Shown piece after piece: positions 10,553 through 24,214 of a DNA stretch of 64,000 nucleotides. The DNA comes from Eledone cirrhosa. Lineage: Eukaryota. The number at the start of each line of letters is the position of its first letter. The first letter of the stretch is position 1. A model generated the notes under the pieces. The model was not told where the DNA came from. It searched no databases and worked only from the letters and a program-made list of their open reading frames with translations. The stretch spans positions 270,072,001-270,136,000 of the forward strand of contig OZ024742.1 of the NCBI GenBank assembly GCA_964016885.1, given 5' to 3'. Position numbers and translations under genes: made by a program.

Positions 10553-13499
10553 ATCTAGGAGCAGTTTAGGTATGATACATTTTATTACTAATTATATCTA
10601 AATCTTTCTTCTCTCTTCATAATGTATATATATATATATGTATATATGTATATATATGTATATACATATATGTATATATATGTATATATATATGTATATA
10701 TGTATATATGTATATAGGTATATATATATATGTATATATACTGTCAAAATACAGACGTGACTTGGGTACTTTTATATGTTTGCCCTCATACAAGCAGACG
10801 ACTTTTCGTTTGAAGTGGAGACACGAATCTTAGGAATGATTTAAACGCATTGCCTGTATTGCCTTTACCGTCTGCTACAGAGCTACATATGTGATCGATA
10901 GTGATGTTCAACTACCTACAGCTAAATATTTTCTCACCTCACCAGTCCTTATTATATAATGACTTCAAATAAAATCGATGCTTATATATATTTTTGTTTG
11001 CATATGTAGTTATTCAAACAAACCTGTGTATCTATTACATTGTGAGTCGTGGTCGATTTCTGTACTCGCATACATTATAAGATGACAGCACATAGTTACC
11101 TCCGTAATGTTTTTCCTCAAGTTGGTTCCAGAGTATCTACTGAATCCCATTGTTTGTTCTGTTTGTTTATTGCCAATAAATGGTGGCTCGACAATTACAG
11201 ATCTATGGATTCTGTAGCTCACTTAATGAGATAAATATTGGAGTGAACATCATGATAGAGTGAAAACCTTTCAAAGGATTGCGCAGTTAATATAACATTC
11301 TGGTAACTGAAGCCCGTAAAAGCACTAATGAGCAAATGATTTTATAAGATAATTCATATGGAACTTAACTTCTAAACATCCAAACAACAATCAATCCCTC
11401 ATCGAAAGAAATGTCCAATGAGCATGTTTGATCCACTAGCTATCTATTCAACTATCTCACAGCCTACATGCTCATTTGTCACGTTGTTTTATATGTGTAT
11501 GTATATTCTGTTTTTTGCATGACCTCCCTATTATTGAATATATCCAGAACTCATGGTTTAGCATATTTGTGTTATCTAGTATCATTCAATGCATTGTTTG
11601 TTGCCAATGTGGGAGCCACTATTCAGTGCCTTGACCTACATTTCGTGGGCAAATCTTCCACAAATCACGCCCAAATGTCTGTACAAAATGGGAGGAATCT
11701 ATCGATAACGTACTCTCTATATACGCTGTCTAAATAAATGTGAAATGAGATCATATTTGTGCTCTCGATTTGCTGATCTGAGCGTATATATAGATAAAAC
11801 CCTGATACAGAAAAAAGAAAATTTAACACGGAAATAAAATCCAAGCATTAACTTCGTCTACGTTATTAATTTCAAGGAGATGATTAAGTAAGAAACAAAT
11901 CAAATTATAAAACGGAAATAAATATAGTGAATACAAATAAATTTAAATGTTTCTATAAAGTCTTCATATCCTCAACGGTCTATATTGGCAATCACAATTA
12001 ACTGCCTTCTTAATGGTCTCAAATAAAACGATTCAGCATAATCTTCAGATTAACTGAGCGATTATCTATAATAGGATTCTCCACTCAGTCGGTTCACTTG
12101 AGTAAATTCACGTGACAATTGGTATCAATCTTAAAAAAAGCAAAGAAGTGAAAATGGAGGATAAAGAAGAGGAAGAAAGCGAACAGAGAGACGTTAATAC
12201 TGTAATATGCTAAGCAACGATATTGATATTGCATTTTTGGTCTGCTTAAAGAAACATTAAGATTGATTGCAAGTATTTATTATAATTCAGACACATATGC
12301 ATGCATATCAAGTCATATACATCCATTCACATATGTACGTATGTATGTATGTGTGTATGTTTGAATGTATATACACATGTATGTATGAATTTATGTATAT
12401 ATTTTACATGTATGTGAGTATTTGTATGAATGTTTGTATGCATATAGTTGTATGTAAGTATGCATGTTTGTATGTATGCATGTGTATGTGTGTGCATATA
12501 TATGTGTGTATGTGCTTATATTCATATAAGCATGTATGTGTGTAGATGGAACTTCCGTTGATTTCGAAGATGATCACACCAACATTCGTCTAAATGTGTT
12601 TTCAGATAATTCTCACATAGAATCACCATGACAAAATATAGGATAAGATTACAATTTTAATATGTACAATTAATACTACGAGTTTCCATGCTGCTAATAT
12701 CTACATAATTTCACTGAAAATCCCTAAGTTGACCTGTGTCTATGATTATGACTGCCTCAATAATAGAAGCAGCTGTCTCAACGCTATATATATGTAGATG
12801 CATATGTACGTGTTTTCGTGTATACGTTTTTATCATGCAGTGGTTTGCACTACTTTTACTTCAGCGACTCTGACCATTTGAAACATCATCTAAGAATTTA
12901 TCTTTACTTTGTGAAAGAGAGGTATCAATACTACAGACTTCATGTGCGTTATTTGTTGAGGTATGAATATTTCCCCGTTTCCAACTGTAGAATGCACAAC
13001 GTTTTAGCGTTTAGTACGTTTACATCCACTTCGCATAGGTCTGTCATATAATAAAAATAAAATAAAGTTACTGCTGATTTTAGTTCTATCCCCAGTTTGA
13101 GCACCTAGTATATTTGGTGAGATGCAATTACATCCAGCTTTAAATAACTCTCAATGTAGAAAGTTGATATTTATATCTTTCAATATATTTTATGTTATAT
13201 TTACACTCGAACTTCCTTGAAGTGTGGAACAAAACATTTTATAATATTCTCACTACGCTGAATTACTAATATCATATCTCTGCATATGTATATGTGTGTT
13301 TCGGTATGTGAGTATGTGATTTTATACATATAGTTATACATATTCTAGATAAAAGTATTCACTCATATGGCAGAAAAAATGTATGAACTCTGCAACCGTT
13401 CATCCCCCATGGAAAATGTTAATGGTAACACGTGAAAAAATTTGGTCTCAGTGAATGCAGAATAACTTTGCAAATTCACCACCAGCAGGTCTCCATACG

Positions 13500-13620
13500 T
13501 AAGAAGAAGATTATTTCTGAGAACAATAGAAAATTACAAAAGCAACACAAAACTGATCTCGGGTGGAGATTTAAATGCCAGAATGAGTAAAAACATTTGA
13601 AGAGGCAAGTTTAAGAGCAA
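13500..13620 (+). pseudogene. Possible decayed LINE AP-endonuclease fragment
   Basis: One frame reads LRTIENYKSNTKLISGGDLNARMSK (GD(F/L)NA motif); nothing else supports it. Confidence 0.3.
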
Positions 13621-14171
13621 GCTGCCATAGATCATACTATTATCTGGAGGTGTAAGAGATGAAAACGTCCATATAATAATTAAAAAAACACGGAAACTCT
13701 CGTAACCCAAGAAATCCAATAAACGGTTACACGATTTATGCAACAAACGCTGACGATTCAGCAGGTCAGAATGGACATCGTTCTGGTACACGTCTATAGT
13801 GCGTAATCTTCAACACAAAATAAATCATTAAGATAATGGGTATCTCGATTCCGATAAAAGATTTTATAATATGGAACTATCTTCCCCCTTGTGTTGTTTA
13901 TTTTATCATAGTGGAATCAAAATTCAACAAACGTTAGAATTCCTATATATGTGAAGGTATGCATCATGACGAATATCATAACTAATCTCCATTATTATTT
14001 AGAAACATCAGCAATGTGATAGAATCAGTAGTATAAAAACTGCGGCACACTTTCCGCTAAGCAATCAACTGATCAAAAAATGCTATTCGCGTTCCGATAA
14101 ACGCTTTTCACAGACACATTTCTGAATATCCTCTTTTAGAAACAATATAACTAAATTGATTTGAACTAGCA

Positions 14172-14533
14172 ATCTCCAAGTATCGATGGCTCTCAGACAT
14201 ATTTGCAGTCGAGCCCCTAGGAGTGGAGAATTCTGGTGACCTTGGCGTTAGGGCTACCTCCCTACTTACCACCATAGGCGCTGAGCTGGTTAGCCGCAGG
14301 TGTGAGCCTAGCGAGAAGGAATGGCACTTCCAGCACATCCACCTTACCATCCTCCGGGGAAACGCCTTCTCCATTCTGTCCGCCGGGGGCGTAGGGCGGC
14401 CAGCGCGTGGGACCCCATTTGCTCATATTAGAGAGAGATGGGAGGGGCAAGAGATATGGAGGCCATGGCAGTGCGGGTCGAAGAACTGTTAAGGCTGAAA
14501 GCAGCGATACTTTGCTTAAACTTTAATCTCCTA

Positions 14534-14540
<7 letters not shown>
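14172..14540 (+). mobile_element. 3' end of a CRE-type (RLE) non-LTR retrotransposon followed by an HHR-like remnant and (TA)n
   Basis: In-frame ISKYRWLSDIFAVEPLGVENSG...EKEWHFQHIHLTILRGNAFSIL resembles the CRE C-terminal pattern KY..L...F.P.AVE..G...FQR.S...QRGNA..I. Confidence 0.7.
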
Positions 14541-14586
<46 letters not shown>

Positions 14587-15269
14587 CTTTATGACTTTAT
14601 ATTATTTATATTCTTATTAACACACTTTTAAAACCTGTTAACTTTACAACTAGAAATTTTGTGATATAACTGTTGATATTAAGTAAGCATTTGAAAGAAT
14701 ATATTCTACACCAAACATTTCTGAATTCATCTGAATTCACCAAAAACTGCAAATTTGTTTTCAAATTTACATTCATATGAATGTTCATGTCGATGAAAGA
14801 TCTTGGCATTAGTCCCTCAAGGCGCAATTCTCGAGTCAATGGTTTTCTCAGATTTTAAAGATGATCTGTCAACCTCTGTGAAATGTTGCTATATATTTTG
14901 GCTTACGGTGCGTGATTTCCACAGATAGCGACGAGGAAATCACATGACAACAGTTAATACTTTGCCAGATTAATGACAACACAATTGTAAAGCAAAAGAA
15001 AATCTCATCAGAACTTACATTTACATTGCATACTAAGTACCAAATATTGTAGATTCTAGCTGCCTGATATGGGACACATCATTTCTCTATATGTAATAAC
15101 ATTTCACAAAAACTAGGTTACACGAGAAACAAGTGGAATTAAGCTGGAATAGAAAAAAATATCAAGTACGATTTACAACGCTTTTCTATTAAGGGCAAGT
15201 ATGTTACGAACATATTCACCTAACATATTGTAGCCCATATTCATGTTTGAAAGGGCTTTACACATGGGA

Positions 15270-15508
15270 AGGTAATGTTGCTAAGAGGTTCGATACACCT
15301 TGAGACAGAAGTGATCCTAAACGTCGAGCGCTCACCCGGGTAAACATACAGTAACTCGAATTTACACTCCCTGGATATATATATATATATGTTATATATG
15401 ATTGGGTGTGGGGCTTTGATTTGTGTAAGTTTCGTATGGAACTAATTACCTAATACTTATATACTCTGTTGTAAGCCGTTGGTATCGAACCTCTTAGCAA
15501 CATTACCT
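15270..15508. repeat. 27-bp perfect inverted repeat bracketing a (TA)n tract
   Basis: AGGTAATGTTGCTAAGAGGTTCGATAC (15270-15296) and its reverse complement (15482-15508). Confidence 0.9.
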
Positions 15509-15518
15509 CAGAGTGTAT

Positions 15519-15801
15519 TATAGTAAAATAAAACAAGGACGAGTGGTTACTCCTTCATTACTTTTAATGGTTGGTGACGCGCGTTTCGCCACTGATCTGG
15601 CCAATGTTTCGATGTGTAACGATCTAGCCTGACTCTGTAATCCACGGCTTGTCAGACCCCTTACAGTGATAATGGAAACATGACAGAGTCGGGCTCGATC
15701 GATACAGATCAAACGTTGAGCGAAACAGTGGCGAAACGCGCGTTACCAACCAATAAACGTAATGAAGGAGTAACCACTCGTCCTTGTTTTATTTTACTAT
15801 A
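15519..15801. repeat. Fold-back element, ~120-bp arms, HHR-bearing
   Basis: 15519-15640 is an imperfect reverse complement of 15682-15801; the right arm ends in (TA)n. Confidence 0.9.
15573..15658 (-). ncRNA. Type I hammerhead motif with long helix II insert (core mutated at G8)
   Basis: Minus strand: GGU CUGACAA GCC..~55 nt..GGC GAAA CGCGCG UC^ ACC; palindromic helix III ACGCGCGU. Confidence 0.65.
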
Positions 15802-15802
15802 C

Positions 15803-15856
<54 letters not shown>

Positions 15857-16104
15857 TTGTTTGTATGTATGGATGTATGGTTTTATAATTTATGAATTTT
15901 CACCAATAGAAAAGTAATCGGTTTCTGACATTCACTCAAGTTACTCTCATTGGAATGTAAACAACATCAACTAGGTAGATATGTATGCATATCTGCATGC
16001 GGGCGTGTTTGCAGGTATGGATGTTATTGTTTGTGTGGAGGTGGATGATTTGAGTAAAATATGTGTATGTGCATATGCGTTGTGTCTGTACATGTAAACA
16101 TGCA

Positions 16105-16431
16105 GTATTTAGATGCCACATTTTTGGAATGTTTTACATATTTTTACTGTTCCATTAATGTATTGTAATTGTAATTTCCTAACTAGTCGTGTTCTTTCTG
16201 TTTCTGTGAAACCCAACTTCTCAATATGTGTACTGAGGCAGTTACTAACACATCCCACTGTCCCAATAGTCACAGGTATAAATCTGGAGTTGTATTCAAG
16301 GTGGAGTATCTGCAAATTTCTCATTAGTTCTGCATAGATATTCTCCTTTTCGCCGATCTTAAATAGAATATTGGCATCTGCTGGGCAGCTAACTTCCACT
16401 ACACCGCATGCGTTATTTTCCCTATCGCATA
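16105..16431 (-). pseudogene. 3' fragment of an RLE-type non-LTR retrotransposon
   Basis: VVEVSCPADANILFKIGEKENIYAEL...FIPVTIGTVG; restriction-like endonuclease C-terminus of the same style as the Dong-like ORFs. Confidence 0.75.
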
Positions 16432-16602
16432 TCATCGGTAGAGGGTCAGACGCCATGCTTTCTAGCATAGTTACGACCCTTTACAGTCTGATTTCAAATC
16501 ACACGGAGTTTAACTTTGACTTTCATCCTTACGGGGTCGATAAAATAAAGTACCAGTAATGCACTGGATAATTGCTGGCTTGTGCCAACAGTAGAAACAA
16601 TT
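16432..16602 (+). mobile_element. tRNA-derived SINE (5'-truncated)
   Basis: Matches the SINE at 1391-1582. Confidence 0.9.
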
Positions 16603-16656
16603 ATATTAGCTATGTTATGTCTGATGATAACTGCTAGGGATACCCATGTATTAAAA

Positions 16657-16692
<36 letters not shown>

Positions 16693-16773
16693 TATATTTT
16701 TGTATACATGGGTATCCCTAGCAGTCCTCATCAGACACAACATAGCTAATATAATTGTTTCTACTGTTGGCAC
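16582..16773. repeat. 70-bp inverted repeat centred on (TA)n; includes the SINE tail and a CTGATGA half-site
   Basis: 16582-16651 against 16704-16773. Confidence 0.9.
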
Positions 16774-17016
16774 CATAAATGGAAAAAATGAAACGAAATT
16801 TCATTTCTCACTCTTAGTACGGCTGTTACTTAAATATAATGATATATACGGTTGATAAACCCGGTACGGCTTAATTCGGGATGTTTGTTTACAAACAAAC
16901 CGAGCATTATAATAAATGTTCGGTAAATCCATACGTACATATATATATGTGTGCATATATGTATATATATATACATACTACTGTACGTATGTATACATAT
17001 ATGTATGTACGTATAC

Positions 17017-17121
<105 letters not shown>

Positions 17122-17280
17122 AGACATACACACAGACATATACGTATGTGTGTTCAAATCGTAAGGGACCAGATTTGTTAAGATGAAGAAAATACTAACT
17201 ATGGGCAATAGGGTTTGCCAGATTCAATTTAAGAATAAATCAAGAAAATAAATACTAACCGGAATTGTGGTAACTACCAA

Positions 17281-17359
17281 TCACCCATACAGCGTTTTGC
17301 TATGCTGTTTCGCAAATTAATTTTGCGAGGATTACCAATTCTTGCTCATCAGTGTGTGA
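17281..17359 (-). ncRNA. Complete type I hammerhead ribozyme
   Basis: Minus strand: UCACACA CUGAUGA GCAA..26 nt..UUGC GAAA CAGC-AUAGCAAAAC-GCUG UA^ UGgGUGA. Canonical core, 5-bp helix III, 6 of 7 helix I pairs. Confidence 0.88.
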
Positions 17360-17380
17360 ACATTAATAATCTCCTCACAA

Positions 17381-17802
17381 AAATGCGGAAGCTCAAAAGA
17401 GCCACGGAATGTTATCATAAACCTTCAAAAGTGTGGGACTAGAGTTGTTGCTCAAAAATATTGTAACCATTATCTATCGTGCACTCTGTGGCATCCTTTT
17501 ATATAAAAGAGACTCATAACGAACTCAAGACGACACGATAATTATTTAAGCTAATGTTCAATATCTCATATCAGATGTTTAGTAATGATTAATACGAAAT
17601 GCACTTAAACCGAATTCTATATTATAAATTCACTTAAATAATTATCATGTGGTCTTGAGTTCGTTATGAGTCTCTTTCTAATAAAAGGAAGCCACAGAGT
17701 GTACGATAGATAATGATTACAATATTTTTGAGCAACAACTCTAGTCCCACACTTTTGAAGGTTTATTATAACATTCCGTGGCTCTTTTGAGCTTGCGTAT
17801 TT
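17381..17802. repeat. Fold-back with ~170-bp arms directly upstream (minus-strand sense) of the HHR
   Basis: 17381-17550 against 17633-17802. Confidence 0.9.
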
Positions 17803-18689
17803 TTCAGGTCTAGTTTAATCTTTTTTAAGGCAACGCTTGTAATAACTCTAGTTAAACATGATATATATTAATAATAAATTATCGTTGTAATGTAATTAGA
17901 TTATATAATTGTTATTTTATAAATGATCTTATAAATATTATTGTAAGATGTTTAAAAATATTTTCAGACTTTTAATATAAACAACTACAAAAAACAATCA
18001 ATATTAAAAAAATATATTTTACATAATAATTGTTATAGTTGAATTAATCAAAATTAAATATTACATACAAATAGTATAACATAATACTAAAAAAAAATAA
18101 TCTAACATAATAATAATAAAATAATCTAACATGAAACGAACAATAATATGGACATATGTACAAGTAAATATGATACAACCAATATTCTAAGCATGTTATA
18201 ACGAGCTGAAAACATAGTTAATATAAATTTAAAAAAATCATATATAAATTAACAATATAACTTACCAAAACGAGAAAAATATTTTGATGATAAAACGACA
18301 AAATACAGGATAGAGATTCGAAATCGAAACGTTAAATAAACGTGCAAACAAAACGCTTTTGGGCAACAATTAGTCTCGTTGGTTGATTAGCCAATAAGAG
18401 GATGAAATTAGCCAATAAGACGATACATTACAAAACATGTTTGGAAGGAATCGCCACGGCCAGCAATACCCCTTGAATCTTTTATTCACAAGCTACACAT
18501 ATATTGTCAGACATGCAGACATAAAACATCCTGCTGTTAGTCACTGGGTGTTAATAGATAACGTACATGGTATCAGAACTTAGCGTGTCTCACAAACTCA
18601 CACCACAAAATCAGATCACAATGCCTAAGATAAAAAACTAATATATAGACAATATTCACTGATTGACACGTGTTTCCGGGTGGCCTAAA

Positions 18690-18850
18690 TCTATGGAAAG
18701 GCACCAAAACAATGGCAATCGGAAAGTAGTAATACCAACTTTCAAAGAGGGAAACAAGAGAGATTGTTCCAATTCTCCGCCGTAAAGTCTATGCTAACTG
18801 TCTGGCAAAGAGATGCAGGGATATTGTCGAGCCTCAGATAGCTGACGAGA
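18690..18850 (+). pseudogene. Small decayed LINE RT N-terminal fragment
   Basis: GKAPKQWQS / VVIPTFKEGNKRDCSN resembles the G..P..W....I.PIFKKG....C.NYR motif. Confidence 0.5.
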
Positions 18851-18940
18851 AATAAACACATTGACATATGTAGAAAGATCAACCAACATATTACTGTCAG
18901 GATCAAGTTGTAGTGAAATGTGGAATTATCTGTGCATCAT

Positions 18941-19478
18941 GTTGCTTATTAACAGACAAATAAGCTTGCAAGAAAATCTATCTCACTATTCTGATGGTTG
19001 CTTATTAACAGAGAAAAAAGTTTGCAGGAAAATCTCCCTCACTATTCTAATGGTTGCTTATTAACAGAGAAAAAAGCTTGCAGGAAAATCTCCCTCACTA
19101 TTCTGATGGTTGCTTACTAACAGACACAAAAGTTTGCTGGAAAATGTACCTTGCTATTCTGATTGTTGCTTATTAACAGACAAAAAATCTTGCATTAATG
19201 CACAATTTTACTTTTACTGAAACTAATTACAATATTGAAACATTTTCTGGGAAATAGCCCACATTGTCAAATAAGAATCCAGCAACCATCAGAATAGTGA
19301 GGGAGATTTTCCTGCAAGCTTTTTTGTCTGTTAATAAGCAACCATCAGAATAGCAAGGTAGATTTTCCAGCAAGCTTTTGTGTCTGTTAATAAGCAACCA
19401 TCAGAATAGTGAGGGAGATTTTCCTGCAAGCTTTTTTCTCTGTTAATAAGCAACTATCAGAATAGTGAGGGAGATTTT
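18941..19478. repeat. 56-bp minisatellite in two inverted arms
   Basis: Unit GTTGCTTATTAACAGAGAAAAAAGCTTGCAGGAAAATCTCCCTCACTATTCTGATG; ~4.5 copies at 18941-19195 and ~3.5 reverse copies at 19281-19478. Confidence 0.93.
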
Positions 19479-19862
19479 TGAAAACGACTTAAGAAATGTA
19501 AATTAAAACTCTAATCCTAAAGAGAGAAAACAGAAATATTATCCTCTAAAAGTTCAATACATCCAGAAGAAGTGACTTTTAGATCCCGAAATGTTGGACA
19601 GAAGAAAGAACAGCAACAGAAAGAAACAAAACAAAGATTACAAGGTAACTTACTTTTTCGTTACCAAATTTGACACACCATGTTTTATTGTTTAGCCTTC
19701 TATAGCTTTCCATGTTATATATACAGTCCAGAAATAGCCGTCGAAACGGCTTGAGCTCTGCGGTTGGGGTTTTGAATATTTTCCTATTACCCACTCTACT
19801 ACCCAAAGTATAGAGTACTCTGGTGCTTTATGGTCCACTTGGTTCCTTACCACACTTTCTTC

Positions 19863-22356
<2,494 letters not shown>

Positions 22357-22425
22357 TATGAAGAGAGAAGAAACATTTAGATATAATTAGTAATAAAATG
22401 TATCATACCTAAACTGCTCCTAGAT

Positions 22426-22515
22426 TCCTCGACTACGTAGTTTCGTGGCATAAACAAAAACAGTACATCATAAAGATATAGAGCTTTTGCGAGGTCTGCC
22501 GACTTATCAAGAGGA
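22426..22515 (-). ncRNA. Hammerhead ribozyme, U3-A8 variant (copy 6)
   Basis: Same motif; core, helix I and helix III intact. Confidence 0.8.
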
Positions 22516-23018
22516 TACCTCGTTTTACTAGCTTCAAGAACGCGTCTACATGACGTGAGAAAGAATCCCAAAAGGCGGAGGGGGAGATAGTCACGCGATA
22601 TAACGGTCGAGAAACAGAGCTAAGCCTCTTATAACCCCGAATAAAATACCACGGAGGCGGAGGGGGTATTTATATCGAAGCCGTAGAAGAGGTGGTGAAG
22701 GGGGCGAGAAGTATGAGTAATGGCAGCTTTCCAGCAGTCACCACACTTCAAAGATTACTCGACCAGAGGGAGTTATGAACAATATATTTAGAAACACACA
22801 GATAGATGCGGACACACACATATACATGAATGCATCCACATCCAACCGTGAGTTAATGGTGCCAACCTTACCGATGTTGCTCAATGAATGACTGGGACAG
22901 ACCAATCCGGTTGAACTAGACTGAACCAGTATCAGAGTTAAAAATACATTATGAAGAGAGAAGAAACATTTAGATATAATTAGTAATAAAATGTATCATA
23001 CCTAAACTGCTCCTAGAT

Positions 23019-23108
23019 TCCTCGACTACGTAGTTTCGTGGCATAAATAAAAACAGTAGATCATAAAAATATAGAGCTTTTGCGAGGTCTGCCGACTTAT
23101 CAAGAGGA
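23019..23108 (-). ncRNA. Hammerhead ribozyme, U3-A8 variant (copy 7)
   Basis: Same motif; substitutions lie in the helix II insert. Confidence 0.8.
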
Positions 23109-23444
23109 TACCTCGTTTTACTAGCTTCAAGAACGCGTCTACATGACGTGAGAAAGACTACCAAAAGGCGGAGGGGGAGATATTCACGCGATATAACGGT
23201 CGAGAAACAGAGCTAAGCCTCTCATAACCCCGAAGAAAATACCACGGAGGCGGAGGGGGTATTTATATCGAAGCCATAGAAGAGGTGGTGAAGGAGGCGA
23301 CAGTATGAGTAATGGCAGCTTTCCAGCAGTCACCACACTTCAAAGATTACTCGACCAGAGGGAGTTATGAACAATATATTTAGAAACACACAGATAGATG
23401 CGGACACACACATATACATGAATGCATCCACATCCAACCGTGAG

Positions 23445-23503
<59 letters not shown>

Positions 23504-23508
<5 letters not shown>

Positions 23509-23690
23509 TAAAATAACAGATTAAAGTGTAAGCAAAGAATCACTGCTTTCCCCCCTTGACGCGATCCTTTGCTTAACATTTAATCTGTCATTTTAATAAA
23601 TATTTGCTCTACGGTTCTGATATATTTGATATATATTTATCCTTATAGAGCCCTCTTTGAATTTTAGTATTCAAATATATTATTATTACT
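23504..23690. mobile_element. Fold-back copy of the 7535-7701 repeat
   Basis: TTATTAAAATAACAGATTAAAGTGTAAGCAAAG...CTTTGCTTAACATTTAATCTGTCATTTTAATAA. Confidence 0.75.
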
Positions 23691-23699
23691 ATATATATA

Positions 23700-23891
23700 G
23701 GGCGGTGAATTTGCAGTATCGGTAGAGGGTTGGACGCCATGCTTTGATGCATAGAGATACGGCCGTTGGCATTCTGAGTTCAAATCTCGCCTGGATTAAC
23801 TTTGCCTTTCATCCTTACGGGGTCGATAAAATAAAGTACCAGTAATGCACTGGGATAATTGCTGGCCTTGTGCCAAAAGTAGAAACAATTA
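23700..23891 (+). mobile_element. Full-length tRNA-derived SINE
   Basis: A-box-like TTGCAGTATCGG, B-box GAGTTCAAATC, conserved body and tail. Confidence 0.92.
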
Positions 23892-23892
23892 C

Positions 23893-23928
<36 letters not shown>

Positions 23929-24214
23929 CGCATGACGATTGTCTGCTAAATAGATAGTTTGACCACCTCAATGTACAAGGAGCTCAGTTATGGCATGCAC
24001 ACCCAAGTGGCATTTTTGATCAGACATACATTTAAAATGCTGTCTACATAAATTGCACCTTATGTGTTCGTAGCTTCAACTCATGAGTTGATTGATCTTG
24101 ATGAACCACGAAATGTCTCTTCAGAACACTTTTAGATTTGCATATTTGTGATTTGTGTGGCATTGATAAGTGTGAACTTTTTGGTATGTTCTGACGCCAG
24201 AAGGAAGTGTCCTA

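Larger units (their letters stand above)
7794..10626. mobile_element. 593-bp non-coding HHR-bearing tandem repeat (retrozyme-like): ~3 units on the minus strand plus ~1.8 inverted units, inside (TA)n
   Basis: Exact 593-bp period (identical spurious ORFs at 8194/8787 and near-identical ones at 9814/10407). Orientation switches at ~9565. One HHR per unit. Confidence 0.92.
22352..23447 (-). mobile_element. Second locus of the 593-bp HHR tandem repeat (~1.85 units) inside (TA)n
   Basis: 593-bp period (22377/22970); same unit as 7794-10626. Confidence 0.92.

Noticed and set aside
7794-10626. Repeated 104-aa and 64-aa ORFs in the 593-bp unit as genes, or the array as CRISPR-like
   Set aside because: Non-ATG starts, no motifs, and they recur only because the DNA repeats. 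The units are long and contiguous with no unique spacers.
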